DNA of 64,000 nt from Escherichia coli (GTDB lineage Bacteria; Pseudomonadota; Gammaproteobacteria; Enterobacterales; Enterobacteriaceae): NCBI RefSeq assembly GCF_044324785.1, contig NZ_CP172127.1. One strand, written 5' to 3'. Positions 46,599 through 58,691 of the stretch are shown here, piece by piece (the stretch's first letter is position 1; each line of letters opens with the position of its first letter). A program made the translations under genes and the position numbers. A model generated the notes under the pieces. It was not told where the DNA came from, ran no database searches, and saw only the letters and a list, made by a program, of their open reading frames with translations.

Positions 46599-48023
46599 AT
46601 GACCAAAAAACTCCATATTAAAACCTGGGGCTGTCAGATGAACGAGTACGATTCATCGAAGATGGCCGATCTGCTGGATGCCACCCACGGCTATCAACTG
46701 ACCGACGTGGCGGAAGAAGCGGATGTGCTGCTGCTGAACACCTGCTCAATCCGCGAGAAGGCTCAGGAAAAAGTCTTCCATCAGTTGGGTCGCTGGAAAC
46801 TGTTAAAAGAGAAGAATCCAGACCTGATTATCGGTGTCGGCGGCTGCGTGGCATCGCAAGAAGGCGAGCACATTCGCCAGCGCGCCCACTATGTCGATAT
46901 TATTTTTGGGCCGCAAACGCTGCACCGTCTGCCGGAGATGATCAACTCCGTGCGCGGCGACCGCAGCCCGGTTGTAGATATCAGCTTCCCGGAAATCGAG
47001 AAGTTTGACCGTCTACCGGAACCGCGCGCCGAAGGGCCGACCGCGTTTGTCTCCATCATGGAAGGCTGCAATAAATATTGTACCTACTGCGTGGTGCCTT
47101 ACACCCGTGGTGAAGAGGTAAGCCGTCCGTCTGACGATATTCTGTTTGAGATTGCCCAGCTTGCGGCTCAGGGCGTGCGTGAAGTCAACCTGCTCGGTCA
47201 GAACGTGAACGCCTGGCGTGGTGAAAACTACGACGGCACCACCGGAACGTTTGCCGATCTGCTGCGTCTGGTTGCGGCGATCGACGGGATCGATCGTATT
47301 CGCTTTACCACCAGCCATCCGATCGAATTCACCGACGATATCATCGAAGTGTACCGCGACACGCCGGAGCTGGTGAGTTTCCTGCATCTGCCGGTACAGA
47401 GCGGTTCCGATCGCATTCTGAACCTGATGGGACGTACCCATACAGCGCTGGAGTACAAAGCGATCATCCGTAAACTGCGTGCGGCGCGTCCGGATATTCA
47501 GATCAGTTCTGACTTCATCGTTGGCTTCCCTGGCGAAACCACCGAAGACTTCGAGAAAACGATGAAGCTGATTGCCGACGTCAATTTCGACATGAGCTAC
47601 AGCTTTATCTTCTCTGCACGTCCGGGTACGCCAGCCGCCGATATGGTTGATGATGTTCCGGAAGAAGAGAAGAAGCAGCGTCTGTATATTCTGCAAGAAC
47701 GTATTAATCAGCAAGCGATGGCATGGAGCCGCCGGATGCTCGGCACCACCCAGCGTATTCTGGTAGAAGGTACATCGCGTAAGAGCATCATGGAGCTTTC
47801 CGGTCGCACTGAAAATAACCGCGTGGTCAACTTTGAAGGCACGCCAGATATGATCGGTAAATTCGTCGATGTAGAAATTACCGACGTCTACCCGAACTCT
47901 CTGCGCGGTAAAGTGGTGCGTACTGAAGATGAAATGGGTCTGCGCGTGGCAGAAACACCCGAATCGGTGATTGCCCGTACCCGCAAAGAAAACGACCTTG
48001 GCGTGGGTTATTATCAGCCGTAA
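46599..48023 (+). CDS. miaB: tRNA-i6A37 methylthiotransferase (radical SAM)
   Basis: 474-aa ORF with radical-SAM CxxxCxxC (CNKYCTYC) and TRAM domain. Confidence 0.95.
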   Translation: MTKKLHIKTWGCQMNEYDSSKMADLLDATHGYQLTDVAEEADVLLLNTCSIREKAQEKVFHQLGRWKLLKEKNPDLIIGVGGCVASQEGEHIRQRAHYVDIIFGPQTLHRLPEMINSVRGDRSPVVDISFPEIEKFDRLPEPRAEGPTAFVSIMEGCNKYCTYCVVPYTRGEEVSRPSDDILFEIAQLAAQGVREVNLLGQNVNAWRGENYDGTTGTFADLLRLVAAIDGIDRIRFTTSHPIEFTDDIIEVYRDTPELVSFLHLPVQSGSDRILNLMGRTHTALEYKAIIRKLRAARPDIQISSDFIVGFPGETTEDFEKTMKLIADVNFDMSYSFIFSARPGTPAADMVDDVPEEEKKQRLYILQERINQQAMAWSRRMLGTTQRILVEGTSRKSIMELSGRTENNRVVNFEGTPDMIGKFVDVEITDVYPNSLRGKVVRTEDEMGLRVAETPESVIARTRKENDLGVGYYQP

Positions 48024-48175
48024 TTCTCAGGCCTGCCGTTCCGGTGGGCCTTGTTTTTTCTCTCTTTATCCCCATCTTTATCGCAATGCTTGCGCCTTTT
48101 TCCTGTGGCGTGAATAATTTCCTTATAGGCCGGTGAATGTTCAGCTTCCGGCGGCATACAGATAAGAGGAACGGT

Positions 48176-49216
48176 TTGAACATAGACACTCGCGAAATCA
48201 CTCTGGAGCCAGCAGACAACGCACGTCTGTTGAGCCTGTGCGGCCCGTTTGATGACAACATCAAACAACTCGAACGCCGTCTCGGCATCGAGATCAATCG
48301 CCGCGATAACCACTTTAAACTGACCGGCCGTCCGATTTGCGTCACCGCTGCGGCAGACATTCTGCGTAGCCTGTATGTCGATACTGCCCCGATGCGCGGT
48401 CAGATTCAGGATATTGAACCGGAACAGATCCACCTTGCGATTAAAGAAGCGCGAGTACTGGAGCAAAGCGCGGAGAGCGTGCCGGAGTACGGCAAAGCGG
48501 TCAATATCAAAACCAAACGCGGCGTAATCAAGCCGCGCACGCCAAACCAGGCGCAGTACATTGCCAATATTCTCGACCATGACATCACCTTCGGCGTTGG
48601 CCCGGCGGGTACGGGTAAAACCTACCTGGCAGTGGCTGCGGCAGTTGATGCCCTGGAGCGTCAGGAAATTCGCCGTATTCTGCTGACTCGTCCGGCGGTC
48701 GAAGCCGGTGAGAAACTGGGCTTCCTGCCTGGCGATTTAAGCCAGAAAGTAGACCCGTATCTGCGCCCACTGTACGACGCGCTGTTTGAAATGCTGGGCT
48801 TTGAGAAAGTCGAGAAACTGATTGAGCGCAACGTTATTGAAGTCGCGCCGCTGGCCTATATGCGTGGTCGTACGCTGAACGACGCGTTTATCATTCTCGA
48901 TGAGAGCCAGAACACCACCATCGAACAGATGAAGATGTTCCTGACCCGTATCGGTTTTAACTCAAAAGCGGTTATCACCGGCGACGTCACACAGATCGAC
49001 CTGCCGCGTAATACCAAGTCAGGCTTGCGTCACGCCATCGAAGTGCTGGCCGATGTTGAAGAGATCAGCTTTAACTTCTTCCACAGCGAAGACGTGGTTC
49101 GTCACCCGGTGGTGGCGCGTATCGTTAACGCTTATGAAGCCTGGGAAGAAGCAGAACAAAAACGTAAAGCGGCGCTGGCAGCAGAACGCAAGCGCGAAGA
49201 ACAGGAACAAAAATGA
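48176..49216 (+). CDS. ybeZ: PhoH-like ATPase
   Basis: ORF 48137..49216; likely TTG start at 48176 ([11 protein letters not shown]) 7 nt after AAGAGGA gives 346 aa; Walker A GPAGTGKT. Confidence 0.85.
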
Positions 49217-49680
49217 GTCAGGTGATCCTCGATTTACAACTGGCATGTGAAGATAATTCCGGGTTACCGGAAGAGAGCCAGTTTCAAACATGGCTGAATG
49301 CGGTGATCCCGCAGTTTCAGGAGGAATCGGAAGTGACGATTCGCGTGGTCGATACCGCCGAAAGCCACAGTCTGAATCTGACCTATCGCGGTAAGGATAA
49401 GCCGACCAACGTGCTCTCCTTCCCGTTTGAAGTGCCGCCTGGAATGGAGATGTCGCTACTGGGCGATCTGGTTATCTGCCGTCAGGTGGTTGAGAAGGAA
49501 GCACAGGAGCAAGGCAAACCACTGGAGGCGCACTGGGCGCATATGGTGGTGCACGGCAGTCTGCATTTGTTAGGTTACGATCACATCGAAGATGACGAAG
49601 CAGAAGAAATGGAAGCCCTCGAAACAGAGATTATGCTTGCTCTGGGCTATGAGGATCCGTACATTGCCGAGAAAGAATAA
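49213..49680 (+). CDS. ybeY: Endoribonuclease YbeY (rRNA maturation factor)
   Basis: 155-aa ORF with HxxxH...H metal motif ([11 protein letters not shown]); ATGA overlap with ybeZ. Confidence 0.95.
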
Positions 49681-49769
49681 TTTGCCAGGCATTTGACTGG
49701 CAGATGTCCCCGCCGTTGGTGATTAACGACGGCGTTTTGATTAACTAACATGAGAACCCATACGACGCC

Positions 49770-50648
49770 ATGAGCGACGACAATTCACACAGTAGTGACA
49801 CGATAAGCAACAAGAAGGGATTTTTCTCCCTGTTACTCAGCCAACTTTTCCACGGTGAACCGAAAAACCGTGACGAACTGCTGGCGCTGATCCGTGATTC
49901 CGGGCAGAACGACCTTATCGACGAAGATACGCGCGATATGCTCGAAGGGGTGATGGACATCGCAGACCAACGCGTCCGCGACATCATGATCCCCCGCTCC
50001 CAGATGATTACCCTGAAACGCAACCAGACGCTGGACGAATGCCTTGATGTCATCATCGAGTCCGCCCACTCACGTTTCCCGGTGATTAGCGAAGACAAAG
50101 ATCACATTGAAGGGATTCTGATGGCGAAAGACTTGCTGCCGTTTATGCGCAGCGATGCTGAAGCCTTCAGCATGGACAAAGTGTTACGTCAGGCGGTTGT
50201 CGTTCCTGAAAGTAAGCGCGTAGACCGGATGCTGAAAGAGTTTCGCTCTCAGCGTTACCACATGGCGATCGTCATTGACGAATTCGGTGGGGTTTCCGGT
50301 CTGGTGACCATTGAAGACATCCTGGAACTGATTGTTGGTGAGATTGAAGACGAGTATGACGAAGAAGATGATATCGACTTCCGTCAGCTGAGTCGTCATA
50401 CCTGGACCGTGCGCGCACTGGCTTCCATTGAAGACTTCAACGAAGCCTTCGGCACCCACTTTAGCGATGAAGAGGTTGACACTATCGGTGGTCTGGTGAT
50501 GCAGGCATTTGGGCATCTTCCGGCGCGTGGCGAAACTATCGACATCGACGGTTACCAGTTCAAAGTGGCGATGGCCGACAGTCGGCGTATTATTCAGGTT
50601 CATGTCAAAATCCCGGATGACTCACCCCAGCCGAAGCTGGATGAATAA
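49770..50648 (+). CDS. corC: Mg2+/Co2+ efflux-associated CBS-domain protein CorC
   Basis: 292-aa ORF, CBS pair plus CorC/HlyC C-terminal domain; recognised as YbeX. Confidence 0.9.
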   Translation: MSDDNSHSSDTISNKKGFFSLLLSQLFHGEPKNRDELLALIRDSGQNDLIDEDTRDMLEGVMDIADQRVRDIMIPRSQMITLKRNQTLDECLDVIIESAHSRFPVISEDKDHIEGILMAKDLLPFMRSDAEAFSMDKVLRQAVVVPESKRVDRMLKEFRSQRYHMAIVIDEFGGVSGLVTIEDILELIVGEIEDEYDEEDDIDFRQLSRHTWTVRALASIEDFNEAFGTHFSDEEVDTIGGLVMQAFGHLPARGETIDIDGYQFKVAMADSRRIIQVHVKIPDDSPQPKLDE

Positions 50649-50672
50649 AACCGAAACTGGATAGATAACTAC

Positions 50673-52211
50673 ATGGCTTTTGCCTCATTAATTGAACGCC
50701 AGCGCATTCGCCTGCTGCTGGCGTTATTATTCGGTGCCTGCGGAACGCTGGCCTTCTCTCCTTACGACGTCTGGCCTGCGGCGATTATTTCGCTGATGGG
50801 GCTTCAGGCGCTGACCTTTAACCGCCGTCCACTCCAGTCTGCCGCTATTGGCTTTTGCTGGGGATTTGGCCTCTTTGGCAGCGGTATTAACTGGGTCTAT
50901 GTCAGCATCGCGACTTTTGGTGGAATGCCTGGCCCGGTTAACATCTTCTTGGTGGTGCTGCTGGCGGCGTATTTGTCGCTGTATACCGGACTGTTTGCTG
51001 GCGTGCTGTCGCGTCTGTGGCCGAAAACCACCTGGCTGCGCGTGGCGATTGCCGCCCCTGCTCTCTGGCAAGTGACCGAGTTTCTGCGCGGTTGGGTGCT
51101 GACTGGTTTCCCGTGGTTACAGTTCGGCTATAGCCAGATTGATGGCCCGTTAAAAGGGCTGGCACCGATAATGGGCGTGGAAGCCATTAACTTCCTGCTA
51201 ATGATGGTTAGCGGCCTGCTGGCACTGGCGTTGGTCAAACGCAACTGGCGTCCGATGGTGGTGGCCGTCGTGCTGTTCGCCCTTCCCTTCCCGCTGCGTT
51301 ACATCCAGTGGTTTACCCCGCAACCGGAGAAAACCATTCAGGTTTCGATGGTTCAGGGCGATATTCCGCAATCGCTGAAGTGGGACGAAAGCCAGCTTCT
51401 TAATACGCTGAAAATTTATTACAACGCGACGGCACCGCTGATGGGCAAATCGTCGCTGATTATCTGGCCGGAGTCGGCGATAACCGATCTGGAAATTAAT
51501 CAGCAACCGTTCCTCAAAGCACTGGACGGTGAGTTGCGCGATAAAGGTAGCTCGCTGGTAACCGGGATTGTCGACGCGCGTCTCAATAAGCAGAACCGCT
51601 ACGATACCTACAACACCATCATCACGCTGGGTAAAGGTGCACCGTACAGCTACGAATCAGCCGATCGCTATAACAAAAACCATCTGGTGCCGTTTGGCGA
51701 GTTTGTCCCGCTGGAGTCGATTCTGCGTCCGTTAGCGCCGTTCTTTGATCTGCCGATGTCGTCGTTCAGCCGTGGGCCATATATCCAGCCGCCGCTGTCG
51801 GTAAATGGTATTGAGCTTACTGCGGCTATTTGCTACGAGATCATTCTCGGCGAGCAAGTGCGCGATAACTTCCGCCCGGATACCGACTATCTGCTGACTA
51901 TCTCCAACGATGCGTGGTTTGGTAAGTCTATTGGTCCATGGCAGCACTTCCAGATGGCGCGAATGCGTGCGCTGGAGCTGGCGCGCCCATTGCTGCGTAG
52001 CACCAACAACGGTATTACGGCGGTGATTGGCCCGCAGGGTGAGATTCAGGCAATGATCCCGCAGTTCACCCGCGAAGTGTTGACCACTAACGTGACTCCG
52101 ACCACCGGACTTACACCGTACGCACGTACCGGCAACTGGCCTCTGTGGGTGCTGACGGCACTGTTTGGTTTTGCTGCTGTGCTGATGAGCCTGCGTCAAC
52201 GACGTAAATAA
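50673..52211 (+). CDS. lnt: Apolipoprotein N-acyltransferase
   Basis: 512-aa ORF, N-terminal polytopic region plus nitrilase-like domain. Confidence 0.95.
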   Translation: MAFASLIERQRIRLLLALLFGACGTLAFSPYDVWPAAIISLMGLQALTFNRRPLQSAAIGFCWGFGLFGSGINWVYVSIATFGGMPGPVNIFLVVLLAAYLSLYTGLFAGVLSRLWPKTTWLRVAIAAPALWQVTEFLRGWVLTGFPWLQFGYSQIDGPLKGLAPIMGVEAINFLLMMVSGLLALALVKRNWRPMVVAVVLFALPFPLRYIQWFTPQPEKTIQVSMVQGDIPQSLKWDESQLLNTLKIYYNATAPLMGKSSLIIWPESAITDLEINQQPFLKALDGELRDKGSSLVTGIVDARLNKQNRYDTYNTIITLGKGAPYSYESADRYNKNHLVPFGEFVPLESILRPLAPFFDLPMSSFSRGPYIQPPLSVNGIELTAAICYEIILGEQVRDNFRPDTDYLLTISNDAWFGKSIGPWQHFQMARMRALELARPLLRSTNNGITAVIGPQGEIQAMIPQFTREVLTTNVTPTTGLTPYARTGNWPLWVLTALFGFAAVLMSLRQRRK

Positions 52212-52223
52212 TCCCTTCTTATC

Positions 52224-52284
52224 GTGCCGGAATACATCCCGTATTTCGGCACGCTCACCGGATGCGGCATCAGTGCGTTATCCG
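52224..52284. repeat. REP-like palindromic units after lnt
   Basis: GTGCCGGaatacatcccgtattTCGGCAC hairpin followed by CCGGATGCGGCATCAGTGCGTTATCCGG. Confidence 0.5.
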
Positions 52285-52607
52285 GATAACAAAATTCCCC
52301 TATCCAACTTTGGCACATCTATTGCTTTGTTATACAAGGCAAAGCTTGAACCAGCATCAGTACAACCCGATTGCACCACAGCAATCCACGGGTAGCACCA
52401 AAAGAGTGCATTTTAAGAATTTTGCTTCGGAATGGTGCGGCGCATCTCGCAAAAACAAACAATAAAACATCAATATCTTTACATTTAGCCAAACTAAATG
52501 TTACCTAACAAGCACAACACTGCACAATAAAGTTGCAGATGATAACAACACAAACACTCACAACGGGTATCCATGCGTTCTTAACGCAGAAGATAAAGGA
52601 GTTGGAT

Positions 52608-53516
52608 ATGCAATTACGTAAACCTGCCACAGCAATCCTGGCCCTGGCGCTTTCCGCAGGACTGGCACAGGCAGATGACGCCGCCCCGGCAGCGGGCAGT
52701 ACTCTGGACAAAATCGCCAAAAACGGTGTGATTGTCGTCGGTCACCGTGAATCTTCAGTGCCTTTCTCTTATTACGACAATCAGCAAAAAGTGGTGGGTT
52801 ACTCGCAGGATTACTCCAACGCCATTGTTGAAGCAGTGAAAAAGAAACTCAACAAACCGGACTTGCAGGTAAAACTGATTCCGATTACCTCACAAAACCG
52901 TATTCCGCTGCTGCAAAACGGCACTTTTGATTTTGAATGTGGCTCTACCACCAACAACGTCGAACGCCAAAAACAGGCGGCTTTCTCTGACACTATTTTC
53001 GTGGTCGGTACGCGCCTGCTGACCAAAAAGGGCGGCGATATCAAAGATTTTGCCGACCTGAAAGGCAAAGCCGTAGTCGTCACTTCCGGCACTACCTCTG
53101 AAGTTTTGCTCAACAAATTGAATGAAGAGCAAAAAATGAATATGCGCATCATCAGCGCCAAAGATCACGGTGACTCTTTCCGCACCCTGGAAAGCGGTCG
53201 TGCTGTTGCCTTTATGATGGATGACGCTCTGCTGGCCGGTGAACGTGCGAAAGCGAAGAAACCAGACAACTGGGATATCGTCGGCAAGCCGCAGTCTCAG
53301 GAAGCCTACGGTTGCATGTTGCGTAAAGATGATCCGCAGTTCAAAAAGCTGATGGATGACACCATCGCGCAGGTGCAGACCTCCGGTGAAGCGGAAAAAT
53401 GGTTTGATAAGTGGTTTAAAAATCCCATTCCGCCGAAAAACCTGAACATGAATTTCGAGCTGTCAGACGAAATGAAAGCACTGTTCAAAGAACCGAATGA
53501 TAAGGCACTGAACTAA
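52608..53516 (+). CDS. gltI: Glutamate/aspartate ABC transporter periplasmic binding protein
   Basis: ATG at 52608 after AAAGGA RBS; signal peptide MQLRKPATAILALALSAGLAQA; 302 aa. Confidence 0.9.
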   Translation: MQLRKPATAILALALSAGLAQADDAAPAAGSTLDKIAKNGVIVVGHRESSVPFSYYDNQQKVVGYSQDYSNAIVEAVKKKLNKPDLQVKLIPITSQNRIPLLQNGTFDFECGSTTNNVERQKQAAFSDTIFVVGTRLLTKKGGDIKDFADLKGKAVVVTSGTTSEVLLNKLNEEQKMNMRIISAKDHGDSFRTLESGRAVAFMMDDALLAGERAKAKKPDNWDIVGKPQSQEAYGCMLRKDDPQFKKLMDDTIAQVQTSGEAEKWFDKWFKNPIPPKNLNMNFELSDEMKALFKEPNDKALN

Positions 53517-53672
53517 TTACAAGAACCAGGGGCGGAAATTCCAGCCCTCTCGATTGTTACGTAGCACGGACAGACTATACGCCTGATGGTCGTTCCCCAT
53601 CGGGCCTGAAAACCGCAATACGCTGGGTAACAATCTTCGAGGGTAGCAGTTAACGCTGCTACCCTCTTTTTT
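53512..53672 (+). ncRNA. sroC: Candidate SroC sRNA (processed from gltI-gltJ spacer)
   Basis: 169-bp gltI-gltJ intergenic region ending in strong terminator; SroC is described at this position in E. coli/Salmonella; 5' end not determinable from sequence. Confidence 0.4.
53637..53670 (+). terminator. Intrinsic terminator in gltI-gltJ spacer
   Basis: GAGGGTAGCAGttaacGCTGCTACCCTCTTTTTT. Confidence 0.8.
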
Positions 53673-53685
53673 CTGGAGTAGATTT

Positions 53686-54426
53686 ATGTCTATAGACTGG
53701 AACTGGGGTATTTTTTTACAACAAGCCCCGTTCGGCAACACCACCTATCTTGGTTGGATCTGGAGTGGTTTTCAGGTGACGATCGCTTTGTCGATCTGCG
53801 CCTGGATTATCGCTTTCCTCGTCGGTTCATTTTTCGGCATTTTACGTACCGTTCCAAACCGTTTTCTCTCCGGTCTGGGTACGTTGTATGTCGAACTGTT
53901 CCGCAACGTGCCGTTGATTGTGCAATTCTTTACCTGGTATCTGGTGATCCCGGAGTTGCTGCCAGAGAAAATCGGCATGTGGTTTAAGGCCGAACTGGAT
54001 CCCAATATTCAGTTTTTCCTTTCATCCATGCTCTGCCTGGGGCTGTTTACCGCCGCCCGTGTTTGCGAACAGCTACGCGCCGCGATTCAGTCGTTGCCGC
54101 GTGGGCAGAAGAATGCCGCGCTGGCGATGGGTCTGACGCTACCGCAGGCTTACCGCTACGTACTGCTGCCTAATGCTTATCGCGTTATCGTCCCGCCGAT
54201 GACCTCAGAGATGATGAACCTGGTGAAAAACTCCGCCATCGCCTCGACCATCGGTCTGGTAGATATGGCAGCGCAGGCCGGTAAATTGCTTGATTACTCA
54301 GCCCACGCCTGGGAGTCGTTTACCGCCATTACGCTTGCGTATGTGTTGATTAACGCTTTTATCATGCTGGTGATGACGCTGGTTGAACGTAAAGTTCGCC
54401 TGCCTGGCAACATGGGGGGCAAATAA
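53686..54426 (+). CDS. gltJ: Glutamate/aspartate ABC transporter permease
   Basis: 246-aa membrane ORF with ABC permease EAA-like loop. Confidence 0.9.
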
Positions 54427-55100
54427 TGTACGAGTTTGACTGGAGTTCCATTGTCCCTTCCCTGCCATATCTGCTGGATGGGCTGGTGATCACCCTGAAA
54501 ATCACCGTCACGGCAGTCGTGATTGGTATTTTGTGGGGCACCATGCTGGCGGTGATGCGCTTGTCCAGCTTTGCGCCTGTTGCGTGGTTTGCCAAAGCCT
54601 ACGTTAACGTATTCCGCTCGATTCCTTTAGTCATGGTTTTGCTGTGGTTTTACCTGATTGTGCCGGGTTTTCTGCAAAACGTGCTGGGATTATCGCCAAA
54701 AAATGATATCCGTTTAATTTCGGCGATGGTGGCGTTTTCGATGTTTGAAGCGGCCTACTATTCAGAGATTATCCGCGCCGGTATTCAAAGTATTTCCCGT
54801 GGTCAGTCGAGCGCCGCGCTGGCGTTGGGGATGACTCACTGGCAGTCGATGAAACTGATTATTCTGCCGCAGGCTTTCCGCGCGATGGTGCCGCTGCTGC
54901 TCACTCAGGGCATCGTACTGTTTCAGGATACCTCACTGGTGTATGTGTTATCTCTGGCCGATTTCTTCCGTACCGCCTCAACCATTGGTGAGCGTGATGG
55001 TACGCAGGTTGAGATGATCCTGTTTGCCGGATTTGTTTATTTCGTTATTAGCCTTAGCGCGTCGTTGTTGGTCAGCTACTTGAAAAGAAGGACAGCATAA
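54426..55100 (+). CDS. gltK: Glutamate/aspartate ABC transporter permease
   Basis: 224-aa membrane ORF; start overlaps gltJ stop. Confidence 0.9.
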
Positions 55101-55825
55101 TGATTACCCTGAAAAATGTTTCAAAATGGTATGGTCACTTTCAGGTGCTGACCGACTGCTCAACCGAAGTGAAAAAAGGCGAAGTGGTGGTGGTTTGCGG
55201 CCCGTCTGGTTCCGGCAAATCAACGCTGATTAAAACCGTCAACGGCCTCGAACCGGTGCAGCAAGGTGAAATTACCGTCGATGGCATCGTGGTTAACGAT
55301 AAGAAAACCGATCTGGCAAAGCTGCGTTCCCGCGTCGGGATGGTGTTCCAGCATTTCGAGTTGTTCCCCCATTTGTCGATTATTGAAAACCTGACCCTGG
55401 CGCAGGTGAAAGTGCTTAAACGCGATAAAGCACCCGCTCGTGAAAAAGCATTGAAATTGCTGGAGCGCGTCGGGCTTTCCGCACATGCCAATAAATTTCC
55501 GGCGCAGCTTTCCGGCGGTCAGCAGCAGCGTGTGGCGATCGCTCGCGCATTGTGTATGGATCCTATTGCCATGCTGTTCGACGAACCGACATCGGCGCTG
55601 GATCCGGAGATGATCAACGAAGTGCTGGACGTGATGGTGGAACTGGCGAACGAAGGAATGACCATGATGGTGGTGACCCACGAAATGGGCTTTGCCCGTA
55701 AAGTGGCGAATCGGGTGATCTTTATGGATGAGGGTAAAATTGTCGAAGACTCGCCGAAAGATGCGTTCTTCGATGATCCGAAATCGGACCGCGCAAAAGA
55801 CTTCCTCGCGAAAATTCTGCATTAA
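55100..55825 (+). CDS. gltL: Glutamate/aspartate ABC transporter ATP-binding protein
   Basis: 241-aa ORF with Walker [10 protein letters not shown], signature LSGGQQQR, Walker [12 protein letters not shown]. Confidence 0.95.
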   Translation: MITLKNVSKWYGHFQVLTDCSTEVKKGEVVVVCGPSGSGKSTLIKTVNGLEPVQQGEITVDGIVVNDKKTDLAKLRSRVGMVFQHFELFPHLSIIENLTLAQVKVLKRDKAPAREKALKLLERVGLSAHANKFPAQLSGGQQQRVAIARALCMDPIAMLFDEPTSALDPEMINEVLDVMVELANEGMTMMVVTHEMGFARKVANRVIFMDEGKIVEDSPKDAFFDDPKSDRAKDFLAKILH

Positions 55826-55832
55826 TCACTCT

Positions 55833-55855
55833 GGCGCGCATACCCAAGTGCGCGC
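55833..55855 (+). terminator. Possible hairpin after gltL
   Basis: GGCGCGCAtacccaagTGCGCGCC; no clear U-tract. Confidence 0.3.
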
Positions 55856-55942
55856 CATCTCACGCTTTATCGTTTCGCTCCTCGTATCTGTTACATCCTG
55901 GCGTTACCCTTGTCGCAAAGAAGCACACAACAAGGAGCAACA

Positions 55943-56878
55943 ATGGCACTGCCAATTCTGTTAGATTGCGACCCAGGTCATGATGACGCTATCGCAATAG
56001 TTCTCGCCCTCGCCTCACCAGAGCTTGATGTCAAAGCAATTACGTCTTCCGCCGGAAACCAGACACCAGAAAAAACCTTACGCAATGTTCTGCGTATGCT
56101 GACCTTGCTTAATCGCACCGATATTCCGGTGGCAGGCGGCGCGGTAAAACCGTTAATGCGTGAGTTGATTATCGCGGACAATGTGCACGGCGAAAGCGGT
56201 CTCGACGGCCCGGCATTACCGGAACCGACGTTTGCACCGCAAAAGTGTACGGCGGTGGAGCTGATGGCGAAAACGCTACGTGAAAGTGCGGAACCTGTCA
56301 CGATTGTGTCTACCGGACCGCAAACTAACGTTGCCTTGCTGCTCAATAGCCATCCGGAACTGCATAGCAAAATTGCTCGTATCGTGATTATGGGTGGCGC
56401 AATGGGGCTTGGTAACTGGACGCCTGCGGCTGAATTTAATATTTACGTTGACCCGGAAGCGGCAGAAATTGTTTTCCAGTCAGGGATCCCGGTGGTGATG
56501 GCCGGTCTGGATGTTACTCACAAAGCACAAATTCACGTTGAGGACACCGAGCGTTTCCGCGCCATTGGCAACCCTGTTTCAACCATTGTTGCCGAACTGC
56601 TGGATTTCTTCCTCGAATATCATAAAGACGAAAAATGGGGCTTTGTCGGCGCACCGCTGCATGACCCATGCACCATCGCCTGGCTGTTAAAACCGGAGTT
56701 GTTTACCACTGTTGAGCGCTGGGTTGGCGTGGAAACACAAGGGAAATATACCCAGGGTATGACGGTTGTTGATTATTATTATCTGACCGGCAATAAACCG
56801 AATGCTACTGTAATGGTCGATGTTGATCGTCAGGGCTTTGTTGATTTACTGGCTGATCGTCTGAAATTTTACGCTTAA
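55943..56878 (+). CDS. rihA: Pyrimidine-specific ribonucleoside hydrolase
   Basis: Start [16 protein letters not shown] at 55943 (nucleoside hydrolase DxDxxxDD motif); 311 aa. Confidence 0.9.
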   Translation: MALPILLDCDPGHDDAIAIVLALASPELDVKAITSSAGNQTPEKTLRNVLRMLTLLNRTDIPVAGGAVKPLMRELIIADNVHGESGLDGPALPEPTFAPQKCTAVELMAKTLRESAEPVTIVSTGPQTNVALLLNSHPELHSKIARIVIMGGAMGLGNWTPAAEFNIYVDPEAAEIVFQSGIPVVMAGLDVTHKAQIHVEDTERFRAIGNPVSTIVAELLDFFLEYHKDEKWGFVGAPLHDPCTIAWLLKPELFTTVERWVGVETQGKYTQGMTVVDYYYLTGNKPNATVMVDVDRQGFVDLLADRLKFYA

Positions 56879-56961
56879 CACACGTCATTGATTAAGATCA
56901 CCACGCGTTACCCGGGTGGTCTTAATCTGTTTATCTCTTTTTCTTTCAAGATATAAATGCA

Positions 56962-58632
56962 ATGGATAATGCAGAACTCGCCATTGGTATCGATCTCGGC
57001 ACTACCAATAGTTTAATTGCCGTCTGGAAAGACGGTGCCGCGCAATTAATTCCAAATAAGTTCGGTGAATATTTAACACCATCCATAATTAGCATGGATG
57101 AAAATAATCATATTTTAGTCGGAAAACCCGCTGTATCACGGCGCACTTCGCATCCGGATAAAACGGCAGCGTTATTTAAACGTGCAATGGGCAGTAATAC
57201 CAACTGGCGGTTAGGCAGCGACACATTTAACGCGCCAGAACTGTCCTCTTTGGTATTACGCTCATTAAAAGAAGATGCCGAAGAATTTCTGCAACGTCCG
57301 ATTAAAGATGTGGTGATCTCCGTTCCGGCTTATTTCAGCGATGAACAACGCAAGCATACCCGTTTAGCAGCGGAGTTAGCCGGGTTAAATGCGGTACGCT
57401 TAATTAATGAACCCACAGCAGCTGCGATGGCATATGGCCTGCATACGCAACAAAATACCCGCTCACTGGTTTTTGATCTCGGTGGCGGCACGTTTGACGT
57501 CACGGTGCTCGAATACGCCACGCCGGTGATTGAAGTTCACGCCTCCGCTGGCGACAACTTTCTTGGCGGCGAAGATTTTACTCATATGCTGGTGGATGAA
57601 GTTTTAAAACGCGCCGCAGTGGCTAAAAACATGCTCAACGAAAGTGAGCTGGCAGCCCTGTACACCAGCGTGGAAGCGGCAAAATGCGGCAATCAATTAC
57701 CGCTGCAAATTAGCTGGCAGTATCAGGAAGAAACGCGTGAGTGCGAATTTTACGAGAACGAACTGGAAGATTTGTGGTTGCCGCTGCTCAATCGCTTGCG
57801 AGTGCCGATTGAACAGGCGTTGCGCGATGCACGTCTGAAGCCAAGTCAAATCGACAGTCTGGTGCTGGTTGGCGGCGCATCACAAATGCCGCTGGTGCAG
57901 CGAATCGCCGTACGTCTGTTTGGCAAATTACCATATCAAAGTTACGACCCGAGCACCATTGTCGCGCTGGGCGCAGCAATCCAGGCCGCCTGCCGCTTAC
58001 GCAGTGAAGATATTGAAGAGGTGATCCTCACTGATATTTGCCCTTACTCGTTGGGTGTTGAAGTTAACCGCCAGGGCGTTTCCGGCATTTTCTCGCCGAT
58101 TATTGAACGAAACACCACTGTACCGGTGTCGCGTGTAGAAACTTACTCGACCATGCACCCGGAACAGGATTCAATTACGGTTAACGTCTATCAGGGAGAA
58201 AATCACAAAGTTAAAAATAACATTCTGGTGGAATCCTTCGATGTGCCGTTGAAGAAAACCGGGGCTTATCAGTCGATTGATATTCGCTTTAGTTATGATA
58301 TCAACGGGTTGCTTGAAGTTGACGTGCTTCTGGAAGACGGCAGCGTTAAGTCCAGAGTCATTAATCACAGTCCTGTAACATTGAGCGCACAGCAGATTGA
58401 AGAGAGTCGGACGCGGTTATCCGCATTGAAAATTTATCCGCGCGATATGCTCATCAACCGTACCTTTAAAGCCAAACTGGAAGAGTTGTGGGCGCGGGCG
58501 CTGGGTGACGAGCGAGAAGAGATCGGCCAGGTGATCACCGATTTTGATGCGGCGTTGCAGTCAAACGATATGGCCCGCGTCGATGAAGTTCGGCGACGGG
58601 CGAGCGATTATTTGGCAATTGAGATCCCTTAA
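56962..58632 (+). CDS. hscC: Hsp70-family chaperone HscC
   Basis: 556-aa ORF with Hsp70 N-terminal motif IGIDLGTTNS and DLGGGTFD. Confidence 0.95.
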   Translation: MDNAELAIGIDLGTTNSLIAVWKDGAAQLIPNKFGEYLTPSIISMDENNHILVGKPAVSRRTSHPDKTAALFKRAMGSNTNWRLGSDTFNAPELSSLVLRSLKEDAEEFLQRPIKDVVISVPAYFSDEQRKHTRLAAELAGLNAVRLINEPTAAAMAYGLHTQQNTRSLVFDLGGGTFDVTVLEYATPVIEVHASAGDNFLGGEDFTHMLVDEVLKRAAVAKNMLNESELAALYTSVEAAKCGNQLPLQISWQYQEETRECEFYENELEDLWLPLLNRLRVPIEQALRDARLKPSQIDSLVLVGGASQMPLVQRIAVRLFGKLPYQSYDPSTIVALGAAIQAACRLRSEDIEEVILTDICPYSLGVEVNRQGVSGIFSPIIERNTTVPVSRVETYSTMHPEQDSITVNVYQGENHKVKNNILVESFDVPLKKTGAYQSIDIRFSYDINGLLEVDVLLEDGSVKSRVINHSPVTLSAQQIEESRTRLSALKIYPRDMLINRTFKAKLEELWARALGDEREEIGQVITDFDAALQSNDMARVDEVRRRASDYLAIEIP

Positions 58633-58640
58633 ACACGGCT

Positions 58641-58671
58641 GCCGGATGCGGCATAAACGCTGCATCCGGCA
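58641..58671. repeat. REP-like element between hscC and djlC
   Basis: GCCGGATGCGGCATAAACGCTGCATCCGGCA. Confidence 0.6.
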
Positions 58672-58691
58672 TCGGCGCAAAAAACACTTCC

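Noticed and set aside
47013-47714. 233-aa minus-strand ORF within miaB
   Set aside because: Antisense to miaB; shadow ORF.
48025-48063. Hairpin after miaB as a terminator
   Set aside because: miaB-ybeZ-ybeY-corC-lnt look co-directional and closely spaced; the stem is short and ybeZ's RBS follows directly, so this is more likely an attenuating structure than a full terminator, and I could not distinguish the two from sequence.
55220-55822. 200-aa minus-strand ORF within gltL
   Set aside because: Antisense to the ABC ATPase gene; shadow ORF.
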